Virus record (IMG/VR): IMGVR_UViG_3300013308_000019
Coordinates: 1 to 64,000 of that record
Source: a virus
Taxonomy: Duplodnaviria > Caudoviricetes
Strand: one strand, 5' to 3'
Length of the DNA stretch: 64,000 bases
The notes beneath the pieces were generated by a model. The model was given only the letters and a program-made list of their open reading frames with translations, was not told where the DNA came from and ran no database searches. Position numbers and translations under genes: made by a program. Positions within the stretch are counted from its first letter, which is position 1. Each line of letters opens with the position of its first letter. Positions 59,148-64,000 of the stretch are shown here, one piece after another.

Positions 59148-59459
59148 TTAGAGTACTTCGTACTTGCCATTCGGCTGGCGGTACTTGATGTACGTGCAAC
59201 CGGCGTCGTACTGCGCCCATTCCAGCGGCTGGAATGCATCCTCGCTGTCCGCGTCACCGTAGAAGTAGCCGGTGAAGTAGCAGTTGTCGTCGTCGTCGTA
59301 GAGCTTGAAGTGGGTACCCTTACCGGCCTTGCCGTCGCGGATGCTGGCACGCTCTGCGTTGCTGGTGCCGTACACGCGGGGAGTTTCCAGCTTTTCCAGC
59401 TTTTCACCGAAGTTGGGGTTGCTGTCTTCGATTGCCGAGTGAGTGATCGTGAAACCCAT
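59148..59459 (-). CDS. Conserved phage hypothetical protein
   Basis: F.LYDDD...YF.G...PL.W...DAGCT.I.Y. Confidence 0.75.
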   Translation of the reverse strand: MGFTITHSAIEDSNPNFGEKLEKLETPRVYGTSNAERASIRDGKAGKGTHFKLYDDDDNCYFTGYFYGDADSEDAFQPLEWAQYDAGCTYIKYRQPNGKYEVL

Positions 59460-59579
59460 TGTGACTCCTAAGTCCGTTTCTCAAGCTCCCTGCTTGATGA
59501 CTCAAGCCTATCATCTATTCGGCAGATTGCAAACCCCAATTTCGCAATGCGTTTTTTGTAACCGGCCTGAAAGTAAAAG

Positions 59580-59613
59580 GGGTCCTCTGGTTTCCCTGCC
59601 TCCGGAGCTTCAT
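59580..59613 (-). ncRNA. Candidate small RNA/minigene, family 1, copy C (core)
   Basis: TTGCTT-17-TACCAT-6-ATGAAGC...GCAGGGAAACCAGAGGACCC. Confidence 0.55.
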
Positions 59614-59693
59614 AGTTCCATGGTACCGGCTTTGCCGGTGGGAAGCAAGTCCCTGAGGACAAAAGAATAGGACCCCTTTCGGGGTCCTATTCT

Positions 59694-59882
59694 CTAGTCT
59701 TCGTCGTCTCGCGGATCGTAGATTTCCCGCTGACGTTCGCGGATTTCGTAGAGTTCCTCGTCCCACTTGCCAACCAGTACGCGGTACCGTGCGGCCTGAT
59801 CGGAGGTCATCCGCTCGCCGTTATCTACCATGTCGTCAAACAGGGACAGTTCGCGGGCCTCTTCGGTGGTGAGCTTTGCCAT
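59694..59882 (-). CDS. Hypothetical cassette protein
   Basis: AGGAG RBS; followed by terminator hairpin. Confidence 0.7.
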   Translation of the reverse strand: MAKLTTEEARELSLFDDMVDNGERMTSDQAARYRVLVGKWDEELYEIRERQREIYDPRDDED

Positions 59883-59974
59883 GATGTTCTCCTAAGTCTC
59901 TCGGCTTGTTCCGATGTACTAAGACTACAGGCATAGGGGACAGGATGCAAGTCCTATCCCCTACGCGTTTTTTG

Positions 59975-60298
59975 TTACCGCTTACGGGTGAACACGTGCC
60001 ACGTGTGGGGCAGGTTCACGGATCGGATGACCACGGAACGCGGGCTGACCTGTGGCCGCTTGTGGTAGGTCCCTGTGTACCGATACGGGTTGCTGTAGGT
60101 GTAGCGGATGTCTACCGCGTCGAAGGACTCCCACGCGTCACCGATGCCCTTGTAAGAGCCTGTGCACTGTGTGCGGCCTGTGGTGTCACAGTCCCACGTC
60201 TGCGGCTTGTGAGTGGCCGCTGTGGCCGGTGAGAGCATACCGAGGGCGAGGGCGAGGGTTGCGGCGAGGGCGAGCAGGATGCGGGTAAGGTTTTTCAT
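59975..60298 (-). CDS. Secreted protein
   Basis: Signal peptide ending ATA-A; two Cys. Confidence 0.7.
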   Translation of the reverse strand: MKNLTRILLALAATLALALGMLSPATAATHKPQTWDCDTTGRTQCTGSYKGIGDAWESFDAVDIRYTYSNPYRYTGTYHKRPQVSPRSVVIRSVNLPHTWHVFTRKR

Positions 60299-60368
60299 GT
60301 GTCTCCTTTGGGTTGCGGGTATCCAACATATAAGACTCTAGGGCATGCGGTGCACGATTGCAAGCTGA

Positions 60369-60818
60369 CTATGCGGCGCACTCGGGGTAGCTCCACAGTT
60401 CCACAGATTCGAACTGATGCGCGTAGGCCTCAGCCTCACACTCGTTAGCTCCCATGGTGTGTGCAAGCTCGTGGAACAGGATGTGATTCCCCCACGCTGT
60501 ATAGGCAAGCTCAGGGGAGATAAGGACTGCATAGCGCCCATCATCCATAGGGACTGTGCAACCACCTTGGCCTACCTCTGAGAGTGTAGCGCCACAGTTG
60601 TCTTCATTCTGGAAGACGAACACCACGTTCTCAGGGTAGTCTACGCCACCATCTGCAAGGGCCTCACGTGCCCACAGTGAGGGCAGTTTGAATGGGGCGA
60701 GGGACAGGTAGTCTGAGTAGTTGGCAGACTCCCTAACAGGGGCTGTAGCAGGGGCTGACGTGGGCACTGGAGCGAGGATCGCTGACAGGCTGAGGATGAT
60801 GGTGAGGATGATGTTCAC
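60369..60818 (-). CDS. Secreted HExxH metallopeptidase-like protein
   Basis: Signal peptide; HILFHELAH...ECEAEAYA. Confidence 0.7.
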   Translation of the reverse strand: MNIILTIILSLSAILAPVPTSAPATAPVRESANYSDYLSLAPFKLPSLWAREALADGGVDYPENVVFVFQNEDNCGATLSEVGQGGCTVPMDDGRYAVLISPELAYTAWGNHILFHELAHTMGANECEAEAYAHQFESVELWSYPECAA

Positions 60819-61267
60819 TGTGTCTCCCTTGTGAATGACTGACTACGTCTATCCTCTCATGTGTTTGTCTCATGTGTCAACTTGAAATGCTCATGAGTTT
60901 ATACTGTGTTCAAACGCGCACGCCCGCACGCGCACGTGATTGTCCTCTAGTATTTTATTTTTGTCAAGCCATTTGGCGATGCGTTTTTTGTAGGCTCGCG
61001 TGGTCAATGCGTTTTTTGTAACGCGCTTGGGTGTGGGTTGTGTGGGATACGCGAAGCGTTTTTTGTAGTGTGGTTTGTGTGGGTTGTTGGGATGCGTTTT
61101 TTGTAAGGTGTAGGTTGTGTAGGTTGTATTGCTTTGTTTGATGCGGCATGATACAATCCTTGCGGATGCGGCTGTTTTTTGGAAACTTTTGGGGGTGGGG
61201 TCGCTGTACATACGGCTACCTGCTACTAAAAATAGGAAAAAATTACACTAATATACACAGTTAAGTG

Positions 61268-61576
61268 TTAACTAGCGTCCAGTACCGCCCGCACTACATC
61301 ATCCGTGCCCTGTACCACCCAGTACGTCTGTCCGTCTGTCGTGGTCACCTTTGTCCGGAAGTAGTCCTTGAATTGAGGCTCCCCATTAGGGAACTGAGCC
61401 GCCATAGCACCCTGTAGGCGTTCTACCTGATCAGGATTGGCCCTCCCGATATCCCGCTTCGCCTTGAGATGTGCGAGCGAATCTCGCTGGTACGATTCAT
61501 GATCCATCCCATAGCCCACCGTGACAACATGCCTCACCACGATATTTTTTCCATCTGGTGTCGATAACAACTTCAT
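61268..61576 (-). CDS. FlbD-like beta protein with insertion
   Basis: MKLLSTPDGKNI...TKVTTTDGQTY.V....DDV. Confidence 0.55.
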   Translation of the reverse strand: MKLLSTPDGKNIVVRHVVTVGYGMDHESYQRDSLAHLKAKRDIGRANPDQVERLQGAMAAQFPNGEPQFKDYFRTKVTTTDGQTYWVVQGTDDVVRAVLDAS

Positions 61577-61809
61577 TTGCTCTCCTTCGGTTTCTGCGCC
61601 GCAGCACGGCACATGCGGTCCAGCTTAGCCTGCCCCTCCGCACGTCCAAGCATCCCGTCTGTAATGTTCTTTCTGTACGTGGGCCAATGTTTGGACCAGC
61701 ACTCTTTGTACACCGCTTGATTGACGTATACCTCTGGTTTGGTGCTGCCACACGCAGCGCTCCCTAGAAGCACGCCTACAGCCAGCAATACTGTTGCCGT
61801 CTTCCTCAT
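61573..61809 (-). CDS. Small lipoprotein
   Basis: SAAC lipobox. Confidence 0.65.
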   Translation of the reverse strand: MRKTATVLLAVGVLLGSAACGSTKPEVYVNQAVYKECWSKHWPTYRKNITDGMLGRAEGQAKLDRMCRAAAQKPKESK

Positions 61810-62111
61810 TTGCCTTCTTTCGGTCTCTTAATCTTCACAGGCTTCACAATACAAGCCCCGTAGTGTCCCTTCCAGAGTCCGCACTCCCCCAATGTGCACG
61901 GACCCTGCCGATCCATCAACTCCTGCTCACGCATAGCCAAGATGCGCTCCAGAACCTGTACCCGATACCCTACAGCCTCCCGGAGCCTCTTGTCAATCTT
62001 CCTGTCCGCCGCAGCGAAGCTCGGAAGCCCGAATGCCTTACCGTCTGCCATTGTGATGCTCCAGTTGCGCTCGATACGGATTCTTGTTGTCCTTGGTCGG
62101 AGGATGTACAT
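61806..62111 (-). CDS. Hypothetical protein
   Basis: C-terminal C...C...GH.G.C. Confidence 0.6.
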   Translation of the reverse strand: MYILRPRTTRIRIERNWSITMADGKAFGLPSFAAADRKIDKRLREAVGYRVQVLERILAMREQELMDRQGPCTLGECGLWKGHYGACIVKPVKIKRPKEGK

Positions 62112-62510
62112 AGCTCAGACGCTTAGGAGAAACCCCTCTTGTCGCGCCCTTGGCCCACCCCTTGTCCCAAGCCTTTGCCTGATACTCCGTGATAAGCTCG
62201 ATCAGTTCGCCAACCGCATCCTCGTCCCGGCTCAAAATCTCTTGAATCCTGTTTTCCAAATCAACCCCTTCCATCCAAATCCCAAAAATAAAATAGAAAA
62301 ATTTCTACATAACCATACACACTTACGTGTTAACTTCTAGTCGCGAAGCCTACGGTAGCTTCCCTGCCCGCTTGGTGCCCCCGATGTTTTTAGACCGGCG
62401 CACCTGCCGGTTGGGTTTGTACTCCTTCTGGGCCTCGTTGGCTTCGAGAGCCTTCTGAAAGTCGGACTTGGGTTTCTCGGTCTTGGTCCTTCTCTTGAAT
62501 GGGTTCCAGT

Positions 62511-63248
62511 TCATACGTTCACCCAGTTAACGAGGTCAACCTCAGAGAACCTCGGAGCAGGTTCCACAACCCACTTCTTGCGCGTGAACTCTACCGTCTC
62601 TTCCACGCCGTTCTTCCGCGTAAAGGAGGTTTTTCCGTAGGCCAGTTTACGCCGAATTAAGGAACCCTCCCTCACCCACGGAGCGACATGATGGTAGTTC
62701 ACCCCGATCTCATCCAGCTTCCTGATCCGACCGTACGTACTCACCCCGTCCAGAGACTTGTGCGAGAAGTGGTGCGAGGCCAGCATGCTCACGCTGTTCT
62801 TGATCGCATCCCCCTGCCGCCAGTCGAGGTACCCCTCAACCAGACCCAGATCGGACAGGTGGTGGACTCGGGCATCGAACAGAGCCACATCCCCCTTAGG
62901 CCGCAGAGAGTTGAACTTCGCAGTCGCCATGGCCGCAGTGATCGAGACGATCTTCTGAGTCTGACCGCCGAACCACCAGTCCGTGTTCTCGCCAGCCAAG
63001 TCCGAAAACACCACGGAGATTTCATCCGACTGGGTGTACCCCAGCACAGCCCCGTCGATGTTCTCACACAGGTACTGTGCAGTCTCCTGCATATGGAACG
63101 TGAAGTCCGCGTCGAACGGTTTCTTCAGCTTCTTGGTGTACTTGGAGAAGCCCTTTCCGTCCACGCGCACAACAGCGTAGCTCTTCTTGGGGAGGTACAA
63201 TCGGTACTCCTTCTCCAAATCCTTCATTACGGTATTCTCGCCGTTCAT
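62511..63248 (-). CDS. thg1: tRNA(His) guanylyltransferase Thg1-like protein
   Basis: RVDGKGFS, KPFD, GYTQSDEIS, WFGG..QK, FDAR, WRQ.DA.KNS. Confidence 0.93.
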   Translation of the reverse strand: MNGENTVMKDLEKEYRLYLPKKSYAVVRVDGKGFSKYTKKLKKPFDADFTFHMQETAQYLCENIDGAVLGYTQSDEISVVFSDLAGENTDWWFGGQTQKIVSITAAMATAKFNSLRPKGDVALFDARVHHLSDLGLVEGYLDWRQGDAIKNSVSMLASHHFSHKSLDGVSTYGRIRKLDEIGVNYHHVAPWVREGSLIRRKLAYGKTSFTRKNGVEETVEFTRKKWVVEPAPRFSEVDLVNWVNV

Positions 63249-63562
63249 ATCCTATGCCCTTTCATTGCCCAGAAGATGTCTAACTCCACCTCCTTACGTG
63301 TCTTACCCACTATACGGAACTCGCGCCCGCTTGTCAACTTCACGATCACTGCCGGGTGGTCCTCCATCTTAGGGGCGACTAACTTGCCCAACTCCCCTTC
63401 CAAGTCATCCAAATCCCGGATGCTCCGTGTATCCATCGCAATGTTCATCGAGTCATAATAGTATTTCCGCCACAGCCTGTCATACTCGTGTGACACGCCA
63501 TCCTCCACCGACTCAATGGCCGATACATACACGGTCACACCGTTCAACTCTACCGTACTCAA
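63245..63562 (-). CDS. FlbD-like hypothetical protein
   Basis: ELNG..V..SAIESVE...IVKLTSG. Confidence 0.55.
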   Translation of the reverse strand: MSTVELNGVTVYVSAIESVEDGVSHEYDRLWRKYYYDSMNIAMDTRSIRDLDDLEGELGKLVAPKMEDHPAVIVKLTSGREFRIVGKTRKEVELDIFWAMKGHRI

Positions 63563-63957
63563 TTCTCCCCGTCCATCAATAGTCCCGCCAAATAGTCAAG
63601 GTCATCCAGTTCATAAAGATCGGGCCATACCGAATAATTCCGGCCCAGCACCGTCTCCACCTGTATCTGCTTGTAGTAGTTGTCGGGCCTCGTGATACTT
63701 GCCATCACGTCCCTGAACGATTGATCCTTGTTGTACCCGACGCCAACCGTCGATACGTACTCCGGATTCACCCACGTATCCGACGACAGTTGGAACAGGT
63801 CGTACACAAGGGGGTAAACGTCTTTCAGCCCCACAGTAGTGCCCGACACCAGCCGCGCAATCTGGTAGTCATTCTTCCGCTCCACCATCACGATGTGGTC
63901 GAAGTTCACCGAACACCCGTCATCATCCAGTCTTACGCGCCTCATCGGTTTCCCCAC
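63559..63957 (-). CDS. Hypothetical protein (tandem FlbD/LytTR-like beta modules)
   Basis: VNFDHIVMVE and VNPEYVSTV. Confidence 0.5.
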   Translation of the reverse strand: MGKPMRRVRLDDDGCSVNFDHIVMVERKNDYQIARLVSGTTVGLKDVYPLVYDLFQLSSDTWVNPEYVSTVGVGYNKDQSFRDVMASITRPDNYYKQIQVETVLGRNYSVWPDLYELDDLDYLAGLLMDGEN

Positions 63958-64000
63958 CAGTACCCTCTAGGAAACTGCCGCTCCACATCTTCCGGCGTCA

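Larger units (their letters stand above)
56370..61106 (-). repeat. Minus-strand arm of the cassette array: 15 copies of the 13-mer
   Basis: GCGTTT(T/C)TTGTA(A/G)-type copies start at 56370, 56668, 56816, 57086, 57364, 57786, 58073, 58422, 58954, 59549, 59965, 60981, 61009, 61056 and 61094. Confidence 0.95.

Noticed and set aside
58870-59220. N-terminal extension of the 261-aa ORF 58435..59220
   Set aside because: It crosses a promoter, a motif copy and a terminator. The real start is at 58869 (AGGAGG RBS), consistent with the paralog.
48125-59613. Family 1 as c-di-AMP (ydaO) riboswitch, hammerhead ribozyme or CRISPR-repeat mimic
   Set aside because: Only short word-level similarities (GGGAAACC, GAAAC, TGAAGC). 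The remaining conserved elements of those RNAs are absent.
35355-61106. CRISPR array interpretation of the repeats
   Set aside because: The repeat is only 13 bp, the intervals are mostly hundreds of bp and contain genes, and no cas genes are visible.
35355-61106. Classical integron attC array
   Set aside because: GTTACAA does not fit GTTRRRY, there is no RYYYAAC inverse core or IntI in the window, and the cassettes carry their own promoters. Kept only as an analogy.
60891-61211. Minus-strand ORFs across the motif cluster
   Set aside because: They are translations of the repeats (LQKT/YKKR/TKNA) with no RBS.
62688-63458. 256-aa plus-strand ORF
   Set aside because: Antisense to the Thg1-like gene.

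Overview
This window is part of a large actinobacteriophage-like dsDNA genome (moderately high GC, SigA-type TTGACA-17bp-TAnnnT promoters, many leaderless genes). It is densely packed with well over 100 small genes, mostly of unknown function. Recognisable products are a probable terminase large subunit N-terminus at the left edge, an SprT-like protease, an HslV/Ntn peptidase, a stand-alone NAD-ligase domain Ia, an HTH protein, an HNH nuclease, an HGG-motif (small terminase-like) protein, an HhH-GPD-like protein and a Thg1-like guanylyltransferase. There are also many SH3/KOW-like mini-proteins and small membrane proteins and lipoproteins. The most striking structure spans about 35.3-61.1 kb. 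It is a two-armed, convergent array of mostly single-gene cassettes delimited by about 59 hand-counted copies of a polar 13-bp motif (consensus TTACAARAAACGC). Each junction typically reads: stop codon, 13-mer, variable-sequence hairpin with the next -35 in its loop, -10, conserved 5' leader. Several cassettes carry no protein gene. Instead they carry promoter-driven structured small RNAs or minigenes, including two multi-copy families and one RNA with an anticodon-stem-loop-like hairpin. All family calls come from motif recognition by eye; no searches were run.
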